DNA of 64,000 bases from an uncultured Chloroflexia bacterium (GTDB lineage Bacteria; Chloroflexota; Limnocylindria; Limnocylindrales; CSP1-4): assembly GCA_963720755.1 (NCBI GenBank), contig CAVRGP010000015.1:1-64000 (forward strand). The letters are read 5' to 3'. The notes beneath the pieces are model-generated. The model worked only from the letters and a program-made list of their open reading frames with translations. It was not told where the DNA came from and did not search any database. A program made the position numbers and the translations under genes. This document shows, one piece after another, positions 50,024 to 61,893 of this stretch (its first letter is position 1; each line of letters begins with the position of its first letter).

Positions 50024-50074
50024 CAACCTTCTCGATACCGTCGGATCCGGCCTAGGTGCGATACCCTTCCGGCC

Positions 50075-50443
50075 ATGCCGTTCCCAGCCCCCGAACTCAC
50101 CCTGCTTGACGAGACCGCCGAGATCGAGATCGAGACCGAAGCGCCCGCCGGTGGCACCCACCGAACGATCATCTGGGTCGTGGTCGACGGTCTCGATGCC
50201 TTCGTCCGCTCGGTCAACGGTTCGACCGCCCGCTGGTACCGCGAGGCGCGAGCGCACCCGGCGGTGACGATCCATGTCGGCGGCCGGGCGCTGGCGGCGA
50301 TCGCGGAACCTGCCACGGATCCCGATTCGGTCCGCCGCACGAGCGACGCCCTGGTCCGCAAGTACGCGGGCGAGTCGGTGGACCTCAACTCCATGCTCGT
50401 TCCCGGGATCCTCGACACCACCCTCCGACTCGTACCGGGCTGA
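50075..50443 (+). CDS. DUF2255 family protein
   Basis: EIEIET...HRTIIWVVV...FVRSVNG...RWYR...ALVRKY...TLRL. Confidence 0.8.
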   Translation: MPFPAPELTLLDETAEIEIETEAPAGGTHRTIIWVVVDGLDAFVRSVNGSTARWYREARAHPAVTIHVGGRALAAIAEPATDPDSVRRTSDALVRKYAGESVDLNSMLVPGILDTTLRLVPG

Positions 50444-50448
50444 CCGAC

Positions 50449-53130
<2,682 letters not shown>

Positions 53131-53139
<9 letters not shown>

Positions 53140-53170
53140 CGGACCCGCTGGCGCTCTGACGGCCGCGCTA
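53131..53170 (+). repeat. 20-bp tandem duplication spanning the aceE stop codon
   Basis: GCGCTCTGACGGACCCGCTG followed by GCGCTCTGACGGCCGCGCTA. Confidence 0.7.
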
Positions 53171-53180
53171 CCGCCGCACG

Positions 53181-54434
53181 CTAGCCGCCGGTGATCCGGA
53201 GCAATTCGCCCTTGCCCAGGCTCGTCGCGTAGACGGTCCCGTCCTCCCCCTCACCGATGGCGCTGAGGCTGCGCCCGAGCTTGAGCAGCAGGACCGGCTC
53301 CTGTCGCTGGTCATCGGTCGGGTCGAGCATCCAGAGGTCGTCCGAGCAGGCGTCGCCGAACAGGTACCGGCCGTCGAGCGCTCCCTGTCGTGGGTCGCGG
53401 ACCACCACGCCGCCGATCACGGCACAGCCCTGATCATGCCCGTACTCCGCGACCGGGAGGGTCAGCCCGGTCTGATCGCAACCGTCGGCCGGCCGATAGC
53501 AGTGGAAGCCTTCCATCGTGTTCCAGCCGAGGTCGAACCCGCCCCGGCCGGCCCGGGCGACATCGATCTCCTCCCAGGCGCCCTGACCGACATCGCCGAT
53601 CCACAGGTCTCCCGTCGTCCGATCGAACCGGAACCGCCACGGATTACGCAGGCCGCTGAGCCAGATCTCGGGTCGCGCTCCGGCCACGCCGACGAGCGGG
53701 TTGTCGGCCGGGATCGCGTAGGGTGTCGACGAGGACGGGACGCCGACATCGATCCGCAGGATCTTGGCCAGCAGCACGCCGAGGTTCTGGCCGTTGCCCT
53801 GCGGGTCGCCGCCGGATCCGCCATCGCCCAGCCCGATGTACAGCATCCCGTCCGATCCGAACTCGACCGCGCCGCCGTTGTGGTTGCTGAACGGTTGAGC
53901 GACCTGGAGGATCACCTGCTCGCTGGCCGGGTCGGCGATGTCCGGGTCGGATGCCGTCACCGTGAACGCGGCGACGACCGTGTTGCCGTCGCGATCGGTG
54001 TAGTCGACGAACAGGCGCGGGTCCGTCGGGTAGTCCGGGTGGAAGGCGAGTCCCAGCAGCCCGCGCTCGCCACCGCTGGCGATCCGATCCGTGATGTCCA
54101 GGAACGGCCGATCGAGGAGCTGTCCGTCGCGAACGATCCGGATCCGGCCGGCCTGTTCGACCACGAAGATGCGACCGCTCCCGTCGCCGGCGTTGGTCAC
54201 GTCGACCGGGGCGTTCAGACCGGCGAGCACGTTCGACGCGTCGACGGACGGCGTTCGGCTGCTCTCGACCGGTGACGCCGAGCCGGCGACCGGCGTCGCG
54301 ACCGGGCCGCTCGGGGTGACCGCGCTCGGCTGGCCCGGGGTGGGGGACGGCGTTGCGGTCGAGCCGGTCGACCCACAGGCGGCGAGCGCGATCGTGAGGG
54401 CGGCGGCCAGGACAGCGAGGCGCGAGCGGTGCAT
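53181..54434 (-). CDS. PQQ-dependent glucose/sorbosone dehydrogenase family lipoprotein
   Basis: Lipobox LAAC; ERGLLGLAFHP, NHNGG, GDGG, GLRNPWR, DVGQ..WEE. Confidence 0.9.
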   Translation of the reverse strand: MHRSRLAVLAAALTIALAACGSTGSTATPSPTPGQPSAVTPSGPVATPVAGSASPVESSRTPSVDASNVLAGLNAPVDVTNAGDGSGRIFVVEQAGRIRIVRDGQLLDRPFLDITDRIASGGERGLLGLAFHPDYPTDPRLFVDYTDRDGNTVVAAFTVTASDPDIADPASEQVILQVAQPFSNHNGGAVEFGSDGMLYIGLGDGGSGGDPQGNGQNLGVLLAKILRIDVGVPSSSTPYAIPADNPLVGVAGARPEIWLSGLRNPWRFRFDRTTGDLWIGDVGQGAWEEIDVARAGRGGFDLGWNTMEGFHCYRPADGCDQTGLTLPVAEYGHDQGCAVIGGVVVRDPRQGALDGRYLFGDACSDDLWMLDPTDDQRQEPVLLLKLGRSLSAIGEGEDGTVYATSLGKGELLRITGG

Positions 54435-54514
54435 CGGCGGATGGTAGCCGGGATGCCGGAACCCGCCCGCCGACGGTGCCGCGCGCATCCGCCGGTTGGC
54501 GTTGGAGACTGGCC

Positions 54515-55264
54515 TCAGCCGATCAGAGCGGTCGGTTCCTCGGCGGGCGGCGCGACGGTCTCGGGCGGCACTGGTGGCTCCACGTCGAGCAGGTAGCCGA
54601 TGCCCTGGAACGTTTTGATCCGGCCAGGTTCACCCGGTTCCGCACCCAGCTTCCGACGGACGCGCGACACCCACACCCGCAGGTATTGCAGGTCGTCGCG
54701 GTATTCCGGACCCCAAACCTTGGTCAGCAACTCCGTATGCAGGACGACCTTGCCGGCGTTGGCCGCCAGGTGCTGGAGGAGGAGCCATTCGGTCCGCGAC
54801 AGATGAACGAGATCACCGTCGCGGGTGACCATCCGTCGTTCGAGGTCGATCTCGATGTCGTCGAACTTGAGGACGCCGACGCCCGGCTGGACGCCGGACG
54901 ATCGACGCAACACAGCTCGGACGCGCGCGGCGAGTTCATCGGGATGGAACGGCTTGGCGATGTAGTCGTCGGCGCCGAGGTCGAGTCCCTTGGCCTTGTC
55001 GGACGTGGAGCCCTTGGCGGTCAGCAGGATGACGGCCACCGGGCGCCGCTCGCGCAGCTGCCGCATCACCTCGATGCCATCCAGATCCGGCATGACGATG
55101 TCGAGCAGGACGATGTCCGGCCGTGCTTCCTCGGCCTTGGTCAGGGCTTCCTCGCCGCTGCCCGCGGTGACGACGCGGAACCCCTCCTCACCGAGGGCGA
55201 TTGACACGAGCTTCGTGATCCGTGGTTCATCGTCTGCGACGAGCACGAGCGGCTGGGTGCTCAT
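54515..55264 (-). CDS. OmpR/PhoB-family response regulator (KdpE-like)
   Basis: ADDE, LLDIVMPD, KPF, winged helix ELLTKVWG...YLRVWVSRVRRKL...GIGY. Confidence 0.92.
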   Translation of the reverse strand: MSTQPLVLVADDEPRITKLVSIALGEEGFRVVTAGSGEEALTKAEEARPDIVLLDIVMPDLDGIEVMRQLRERRPVAVILLTAKGSTSDKAKGLDLGADDYIAKPFHPDELAARVRAVLRRSSGVQPGVGVLKFDDIEIDLERRMVTRDGDLVHLSRTEWLLLQHLAANAGKVVLHTELLTKVWGPEYRDDLQYLRVWVSRVRRKLGAEPGEPGRIKTFQGIGYLLDVEPPVPPETVAPPAEEPTALIG

Positions 55265-55393
55265 GGCCACCTCCTGGGTGATGACATGGTGACGGACAAC
55301 GCCCGATATGTCATCGGCTCCGGGCGTGGCGCGACGAGCTCCGTCGGGAACGGAACTCGTCGGTACGATCGTCGCCGCGCGACGATCATCGAG

Positions 55394-55587
55394 TCATGAA
55401 GCGTTGGGCCGGACCGACGGCAGTTCGACGTTGACGTTCACTCGTTCGTCTCCGTTCCGGTCCCGGGTCCCAGTGCGAAGAACCAGATCGCAGCGATGAC
55501 CACGATGATGATGGCCAGGATCCCGAGGATCATCCCCGCTCCTGACCCGCCGCCGTCCTTGACGACGACCGTCTCTCGGTCTGTCAT
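55394..55587 (-). CDS. Small single-TM protein, probable 1-bp deletion near 55440
   Basis: GAGGA RBS; MTDRETVVVKDGGGSGAGMILGILAIIIVV...; adding one G gives EVNVNVELPSVRPNAS-stop. Confidence 0.7.
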
Positions 55588-55837
55588 GTCAGTCCTCTCG
55601 ATGCGTTGTCGCGACATCATCCCGGCGATGGCCTGACAGATGGTGCGAGCGCCGGCCGGGGTGCCTTGCAGCCGCCTTGCAACTCTGCAAGCGGTCCGGA
55701 TCTGGTCCAGGTGCCCAGGGGACCGTCGCCGGGTTCGATAGCCGGTTGTCACCTCTCATCGCTGACGTGCACCGCGTTTCCCATGGCTCCGCCTCTAGGG
55801 TGCTGTGGACCCCCGGACCTTTGGAGGACACGACCCT

Positions 55838-56032
55838 ATGAAGAAGCGAGTCGCCTTGCTTGTCGCCGCTGCGGCGTTGGCGCTTGGTGCCTGCAACTCG
55901 AGCCCTGGCGCTAGCGGACTCCCGAGCGTGCCGGACCTTCAGTCGCTCATGCCGGAGGCCTCACCGGCCACCAGCCCGGAAACGAGCCCGGAGATGAGCC
56001 CGACCGAGAGCGTGCTTCCGAGCCCGAGCTGA
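55838..56032 (+). CDS. Small Ser/Pro-rich lipoprotein
   Basis: GGAGG RBS; MKKRVALLVAAAALALGAC lipobox; SPE repeats. Confidence 0.75.
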   Translation: MKKRVALLVAAAALALGACNSSPGASGLPSVPDLQSLMPEASPATSPETSPEMSPTESVLPSPS

Positions 56033-56052
56033 TCCGGGCCGGCACGATCACC

Positions 56053-56085
56053 AAGCGAGGCGCCCCGCGGGCGCCTCGCTTTCTT
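56053..56085 (+). terminator. Rho-independent terminator
   Basis: AAGCGAGGCGCCC...GGGCGCCTCGCTT stem followed by TCTT. Confidence 0.75.
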
Positions 56086-56125
56086 GTGCCGTCCGGGAGG
56101 CGGCACCGTCCAGGATGCGATGCGG

Positions 56126-57337
56126 TCAGGTACGCGATGTGTTCCGGCGCAGGCCGATCCAGGCGCCGGTCGACGTGACCAGCGCGATCGCCCCGAGGAC
56201 GGCAAGCTGCCAGGGCGCGACGATGGTTCCCCGAAGCATGACGTCCTGCGTCAGCTGGATGCCGCTCGTTACCGGGAGCAGGAAGGCCATGGCCTGTACC
56301 GGCACCGTGAACTCCTGGATCGACAGCACGAACCCGCTGAAGAACACGGACGCCAGCAGGACCAACAGCGAGAGCTGCACCGCCTGACGCTCGGAATCGG
56401 ACACGACAGCGATCGCGAGGCCCACGCCCAGAGACGCCAGCAGAAGGAGCGCGATGACCAATGCCAGCGAGGCGGGGGTTCCCAGCATCGGGACCCCGAA
56501 GACCCCGATGAGCAACGAAGCCGTTGCGCCGCCGACGAGTGCGCCGATGAACAGGTACGCGACGACCTTGCCCGCGATCAGCTCCCAGGCGTTGACGGGT
56601 GCGACCCTGAACAGTTCGATGACCCCGCTGGTTCGCTCACGAACGAGGGACAGCGCGACCAGGGTCACCGCGAGGTGCTGCAGGATGAGCGCCATGACGG
56701 CCGGGCCGAAGTACGCCAGAACCTGTGGACTGGAGGGGGCGATGTTGATCACGTCCGCCTTGGTCGGAGCGGCGACGACATCCGGCGGGATGGCGGTGGC
56801 GTCCGGCTGCCCGGACCTGATCGCGTAGCTTTCGCTCTCTTGCACGGCTCGCTTGATGATCGTCTGATTGACCGCATTTGCCAGGTTCGCGGCCAGGAAC
56901 CCAGCGTAGTTCGCCTCGATCGGATCGACCGTGTCGACGACGACCTGGATGGTCGACTGCTCGCCCGCCTTGAACTGGGCGGCGGCGTCGGCGGGCGCGA
57001 TCACGGCGACGTCGAGACTCCCGTTCTCGAGCTCGCTCCGGACGCTCTGGAAGTCGCCACGGACGCCGACGATGTGCAGGCCACCGCCCGCCAGGTCCTG
57101 ATATGTCGCGACGTCATCGGCCAGCCCGGACGATGGCGGGATGACGACGATGGTGTCGAGCGGGCGCCGCTGGCCGCCGTAGCCGAGCCCGAAGATGGCC
57201 ATGATCAGGAACGGCCCGAAGATCAGGCTGGCCAGTGCGCCGGGTCGTCGGACGACTTCGACCAGTTCCTTCCCGACCAGCGCCAGCAGGCGGAGGGTCA
57301 TCGTCGCAAGCGGTCTCGTCGCCGCGGGCAGCCTCAT
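56126..57337 (-). CDS. ABC-2 type exporter permease
   Basis: KELVEVVR, VRERTSG..E...AP, N-terminal TM, extracytoplasmic loop, then C-terminal TMs. Confidence 0.9.
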   Translation of the reverse strand: MRLPAATRPLATMTLRLLALVGKELVEVVRRPGALASLIFGPFLIMAIFGLGYGGQRRPLDTIVVIPPSSGLADDVATYQDLAGGGLHIVGVRGDFQSVRSELENGSLDVAVIAPADAAAQFKAGEQSTIQVVVDTVDPIEANYAGFLAANLANAVNQTIIKRAVQESESYAIRSGQPDATAIPPDVVAAPTKADVINIAPSSPQVLAYFGPAVMALILQHLAVTLVALSLVRERTSGVIELFRVAPVNAWELIAGKVVAYLFIGALVGGATASLLIGVFGVPMLGTPASLALVIALLLLASLGVGLAIAVVSDSERQAVQLSLLVLLASVFFSGFVLSIQEFTVPVQAMAFLLPVTSGIQLTQDVMLRGTIVAPWQLAVLGAIALVTSTGAWIGLRRNTSRT

Positions 57338-58395
57338 CCGGGCGTGGTCGGTGCGACCCCGACGTCGGGAGCGCCGGTGTCGCCAACCTCGTCGTGCGTG
57401 TGATCGCGGTCGACGAGGGCCTTGAACACGGCGTCGAACGACAGCCGTTCTTCGCGCGCGCTGAGCACTTCTCCACCTAGCTCGCCGATGGCCTCGACGA
57501 CATCCGGCAATGCCGCCCCGGCATCACCGACGATGACCGTGAACCGTCCTGGTCCGTCCTGACGGACGTGCGTGGCGGCCGGCAGGTCCGCGAGCTGCGC
57601 GGCGTCGAAGATCGCCGCCGTTTCGACGACGATCACGTCACCGCCGACCGCGTCGCGCCGAAGGTTGTCGGGTGTCGACAGGGCGAGCAAGCGGCCCTCG
57701 GCGATGAGTGCGACCCGGTCGCACGACTCAGCCTCAGCGACATATTGGGTGGTCACCAGGAGGGTCCGGTTCCGGCCCCGGATACGGTGGAGTTCCTCCC
57801 AGATCCGCGCCCGAAGGAGTGGGTCGATCCCGGCCGTGGGCTCGTCGAGGAACAGCAGTTTCGGATCATGGACGAGGGCGCAAGCGAGTTCGAGTCGTCG
57901 CTGCATGCCGCCCGACAGCTGCCCCGCCCGGCGGTCCTTGACCTCCCAGAGATCGACCAGTTCGAGGACCTCCTGGGTCCGCTTCCGGCGCGAGCGGAAG
58001 AGCATCCCGAACAGGGATCCGACGAAGTCGACGTTCTCCCGGACGGTGAGATCCGAATACAGCGTGAAGGACTGGGGCATGTAGCCGATCCCTTCGCGCG
58101 TCTGGCGGCTGAACGACGATGGCGACTCGTCGAGCACGTCGACCCGGCCACTCGTCGGCGTCAAGGCCCCAGTCAGGATCCTGATCGCCGTCGTCTTGCC
58201 GGCGCCGCTCGGCCCGATCAGGCCGAGGATCGCGCCCGTCGGGACGGTCAGGGATACGCTGTCCAGGGCGAGCTGATGGGGAAACCGCATCGTGACGCCG
58301 TCCATGACGACGGCTGGGTGACGCGACGGTTCAAGGCGGGCCGCGGACGGGGCGGACTCGGCGTCGATCGCGGACGCTGAGGATATGGAAGGCAT
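57334..58395 (-). CDS. ABC exporter ATP-binding protein
   Basis: GPSGAGKTT, LSGGMQRR, LFLDEPTAG. Confidence 0.93.
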   Translation of the reverse strand: MPSISSASAIDAESAPSAARLEPSRHPAVVMDGVTMRFPHQLALDSVSLTVPTGAILGLIGPSGAGKTTAIRILTGALTPTSGRVDVLDESPSSFSRQTREGIGYMPQSFTLYSDLTVRENVDFVGSLFGMLFRSRRKRTQEVLELVDLWEVKDRRAGQLSGGMQRRLELACALVHDPKLLFLDEPTAGIDPLLRARIWEELHRIRGRNRTLLVTTQYVAEAESCDRVALIAEGRLLALSTPDNLRRDAVGGDVIVVETAAIFDAAQLADLPAATHVRQDGPGRFTVIVGDAGAALPDVVEAIGELGGEVLSAREERLSFDAVFKALVDRDHTHDEVGDTGAPDVGVAPTTPG

Positions 58396-58679
58396 TTGGC
58401 TCCTGGGGCTCCTGGGTCCCGGGTCACGCGTCGGATCGGGACGCCACTTCGATCAGGATGCCGTCGGGCTGGTTGCACGATGTCGGCTTGTCGTGGCCAT
58501 CACCTCGCATCGGCGTCGCAAGTGTTCGACGTCAGGGCACGTTTCGTGGCTCCGGCCGATCCCGAGGCCGATCCCGCAACGCAGCCGATACGCGCCCCGC
58601 CCATTCGTGATGAGCCGCCGATTCCGCTGGCCAGCGACGATGGCGTCGACCCCCGGATCTTGATCCAACGGAGGCAGCG

Positions 58680-58877
58680 ATGTGCATGAACTGTGGTTGT
58701 GGGGAGCCGAACGAGCGGCATCACCCGACCGACATCACCAAGGATGACCTTCAGCACGCGGCAGACGGCGCCGGGATGAGTCTCGAGGAGGCGGCTCGGA
58801 ACGTCCAGACCGCCTCGGCCGAGATGGCCGGATCGACCGCCAGCTCCTCGGCAGGGACGGCGTCACACCGGGCCTGA
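58680..58877 (+). CDS. Small protein with N-terminal CxxCxC-x6-HH motif
   Basis: GGAGG RBS; MCMNCGCGEPNERHHPTDIT; downstream hairpin CGAACGACCGCC...GGCGGTCGTTCG. Confidence 0.75.
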   Translation: MCMNCGCGEPNERHHPTDITKDDLQHAADGAGMSLEEAARNVQTASAEMAGSTASSSAGTASHRA

Positions 58878-59031
58878 CTCCAAATGCGATCGAACGACCG
58901 CCGCCCACCCAGTGGCCGGCGGTCGTTCGCTGTCTCGGGGCGACGCGCGTGACTGGATCGTCTGTGGGCGACCGACCGTGTGCGACTGACCCCGCTCGTC
59001 TCCTGTCGCGACTTCGTAGCGAGCAGCGGTG

Positions 59032-60300
59032 TCAGTCCGCCTGGGCGTCGAGCGTCGCTTGCGACATCGTCGGAAGCGTGACCACGAACAACGTGCCGCG
59101 ATCGTAGCCATCGGAGCGGACGACGATCGTGCCGCCGTGGGCCTCGACGATGCCACGACAGGCGTACAAGCCGAGTCCCAGGCCGTTGGCGCCGCTTCGT
59201 CGAGCGCGATCGGTTCTGGTGAAGCGCTCGAAGACGTCCGTCAGCTCGTGTCCTTCGAGGCCGATCCCATGGTCACGGACTTCGATGACGGCCGTATCGG
59301 CGTCTCCGCGTCGAACCGCCACGTCGACCGGAGCCCCCGCTGCCGAGTACTTCAGGGCATTGCCGATCAGGTTGGCGACGAGGCGGCGGATGAGGCTAGG
59401 GTCCCACGAGCCGATGAGGCGATCATCCGCGATCTCGAGTCGCACGCGGTCCCGTGCCGCGACACCCAGTGCGGCGATCCGTTCACTGACGACGTGCCCC
59501 AGACTGACCGGTTCGGTATCCGGGCGGAGCGCACCCATGGCCACCCGTGATGCGTCGCCGAGGGTATCGATCATGTCGACCAGCTCCAGCGTCGCCAGCA
59601 GGGCATCATCGACCGCTTCCGCGACTCGCGCTTCATCCGGCTCGCCTTCGGCCAGCCACCGATGGGCCAGGTGGAGGGACCCTTCCACCAGGGTGATCGG
59701 CTGACGGATGTCGTGGATGGTGGCCGCCAGGAACGACTCACGTAGATCCTCGATCCGATCGGACAGTGACGTCAGCCCGACCGTGGCAGCCCCGTCGAGT
59801 GCGTCGCCGACGATGGTCAGCCCGGCGACGATGTCCCCGGTATCGCCTCGTGGATCCACCTTCTCGGTGATCGTCAGGCCGATCTCCTGGCGCAGGATCC
59901 GGAATTCGGTGACGACCGCGACCGGCCCTAGGCCCTGTCTGAAACGGGCCCGCGCATGGGCCGTGGCCGCCGCGGAGACGGCATCGTCTTCAAACGGCGC
60001 AGATGCCCGTTCGGTGTCGGCTGCCGCGTCACGCCGCAAGAGGGCCACGATCGCGTCGAACAGCGCCGGGATATGGTCGGCGACCGCACCTTCGGGTCGC
60101 TGCTCGTGGAAGGGTTGTCGGCGAGCGGCTGCGAGCCACCGCTCGAGGATGGCGTCGCGATAGGTGTCGAGCACCTTGGCGACCGGTCGTATCTCGGCGT
60201 CGGGCAGTACGCGACTCACCCGGCCGTCCATATCGGTCGATGCTCGGTCTGTCGAAGCCCCATCAAGCGGCGGGCCGGCGGCGTCCATTGCGTGGAGCAT
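59032..60300 (-). CDS. Soluble sensor histidine kinase with RsbRD_N-like N-terminal domain (start uncertain)
   Basis: ILERW...HARARFRQG...VVTEFRILR; H-box HDIRQP, NALKYS, DHGIG, GLGLGL. Confidence 0.85.
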   Translation of the reverse strand: MLHAMDAAGPPLDGASTDRASTDMDGRVSRVLPDAEIRPVAKVLDTYRDAILERWLAAARRQPFHEQRPEGAVADHIPALFDAIVALLRRDAAADTERASAPFEDDAVSAAATAHARARFRQGLGPVAVVTEFRILRQEIGLTITEKVDPRGDTGDIVAGLTIVGDALDGAATVGLTSLSDRIEDLRESFLAATIHDIRQPITLVEGSLHLAHRWLAEGEPDEARVAEAVDDALLATLELVDMIDTLGDASRVAMGALRPDTEPVSLGHVVSERIAALGVAARDRVRLEIADDRLIGSWDPSLIRRLVANLIGNALKYSAAGAPVDVAVRRGDADTAVIEVRDHGIGLEGHELTDVFERFTRTDRARRSGANGLGLGLYACRGIVEAHGGTIVVRSDGYDRGTLFVVTLPTMSQATLDAQAD

Positions 60301-60312
60301 AGCGACCGGCGC

Positions 60313-60350
60313 GCGAAGACGCCCCCGGCGTAGGCCGAGGGCGTCTTCGC
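60313..60350 (-). terminator. Hairpin downstream of 60367-60648
   Basis: GCGAAGACGCCC...GGGCGTCTTCGC. Confidence 0.55.
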
Positions 60351-60366
60351 TTGGAATGGTCGGGGA

Positions 60367-60648
60367 TCAGCGATTCGGGTCGACCGCGCGTCGAAGGTCG
60401 TCGCCGGTATTGCCGACCTTGTCGGCGAGACTTTCGTCGCCGTCAGCCTTGCGCCAGGTTTCCTTGGTGTCGTCGGCTGCGTTCTTGGTCGCGCCGCGGA
60501 GGTCGTCGCCGGCGTCGCCGAGGTCCTTGCGGATCTCGTCGCCGGTATTGCCGACCTTGTCGGCGAGACTTTCGTCGCCGTCAGCCTTGCGCCAGGTTTC
60601 CTTGGTCGCCTGTTCGGACTCGCGATAAGCCTGCTTGGACTGGTTCAT
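60367..60648 (-). CDS. Hydrophilin/LEA/CsbD-like small protein with internal duplication
   Basis: TKETWRKADGDESLADKVGNTGD x2; GGAGG RBS. Confidence 0.8.
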   Translation of the reverse strand: MNQSKQAYRESEQATKETWRKADGDESLADKVGNTGDEIRKDLGDAGDDLRGATKNAADDTKETWRKADGDESLADKVGNTGDDLRRAVDPNR

Positions 60649-60748
60649 GGTGTCGCGCCTCCATCGTGGTCGCCGTCAGCGGCGAGCCTGGTCAGACCGT
60701 ACGGCCCAAGGTGTCGCAGCGAATTGAACGAAGCGCCGGAACGCGCTA

Positions 60749-61135
60749 TCAATGGCCTTGCGTTCCAGTCGGGCTCCGGCGTGCCCGCCCGTTTCGATCG
60801 AACAGGGTGAGGGTCATCAGTCCGGCCGGGATCAACGCGACCGCGACGATCAGGCGGGCAGCCCCGCCGACCAGCAGACCGAGCGCCAATCCAAAGGACA
60901 GCGCGCTGCCGATCGACAGCATATCGTCGCTCCCGGAGCGGATCTGGCGATTCGCATCCTCGATCGCGGATCGCGTCGAGGCGGCCATGTCAGGCAATCG
61001 GCCGATCGCGTCGTTGGCTGCCTCCCGTGCCACACCTGCCACGTCCGTCGCCGAGTCGACGATGGCGGATGTGCGAGTGGGATGGACTCGGTCAGCGGAC
61101 AACGTAGAGGTGTTGTGCGGAGAAGAGATCGTCAT
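60749..61135 (-). CDS. Small protein with amphipathic N-terminus and C-terminal TM (ElaB/YqjD-like layout)
   Basis: AAGGAG RBS; Ala-rich helix then SALSFGLALGLLVGG hydrophobic hairpin. Confidence 0.65.
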   Translation of the reverse strand: MTISSPHNTSTLSADRVHPTRTSAIVDSATDVAGVAREAANDAIGRLPDMAASTRSAIEDANRQIRSGSDDMLSIGSALSFGLALGLLVGGAARLIVAVALIPAGLMTLTLFDRNGRARRSPTGTQGH

Positions 61136-61457
61136 TGGTCTGCTCCTTCGAGATGGCGACGGACGGTCCGGGGATAGGCCCCGGACCGTCCGTGGGAGGA
61201 TCCTGGCCCCCCGTCCCCCTGACGACCAGGACTGCTGATTTGTCGGCCCCCAGACCCCCAGTGGCACGGGAGCCGACTGACATCACCCTGACAGCTGGGT
61301 ACTCACGTTCATGCCGGTCTTGGGCGCCTGCGCCTTGCAACGGTCTGGCTTCCCGGCGGAACCGCTCGCGCGACCGGGACGACCCACGAACGAGGAACGC
61401 CCACCCGGTCGTGGGTGGGCGTTCGGTCAAGTCCGGATTGGCCCTTGGGCCGACGCG

Positions 61458-61739
61458 TCAGACGGCGCCGCGTCCGGAGCGGCTGGTGTTGGTGACGAAC
61501 GACACGACCACCACGGTGATGATGGCCCCGATCGTCGCGACTACGATCGAAGTGATGTCAAGCGGACCGTCAATGGGCTTGGTGTTGAACAGGACGCTGG
61601 CCAGAAAGCCGCCCACGATGGCCCCGACGATGCCGAGCACGATGTGCCCGATGATCCCCAGGCCTTCGTCGCCCTTGACGATGAACCCGGCCAGGTAGCC
61701 GGCAATCGCTCCTAGAACGATCCACGCGATGATACTCAT
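61458..61739 (-). CDS. GlsB/YeaQ/YmgE stress-response membrane protein
   Basis: MSIIAWIVLGAIAGYLA...GIIGHIVLGIVGAIVGG; terminator-like hairpin at about 61396-61423. Confidence 0.9.
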   Translation of the reverse strand: MSIIAWIVLGAIAGYLAGFIVKGDEGLGIIGHIVLGIVGAIVGGFLASVLFNTKPIDGPLDITSIVVATIGAIITVVVVSFVTNTSRSGRGAV

Positions 61740-61893
61740 CTGATCCTCCATTCCCTGGTCGTGCCTATCACCCGACCGCTGGGCCTGCTTGTCCGGTGAC
61801 CGGGCTCAGTCCCCACTTTGGCGCCGTCGGGCACCGGCCCTTGCTACGTTCGGTGGGCGGGCCGTAACAACGAGGTAACAGGGCGCCAAGGCC

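Noticed and set aside
61161-61191. Perfect 13-bp hairpin upstream of the 61135 gene as a riboswitch
   Set aside because: A single stem with no recognisable aptamer consensus
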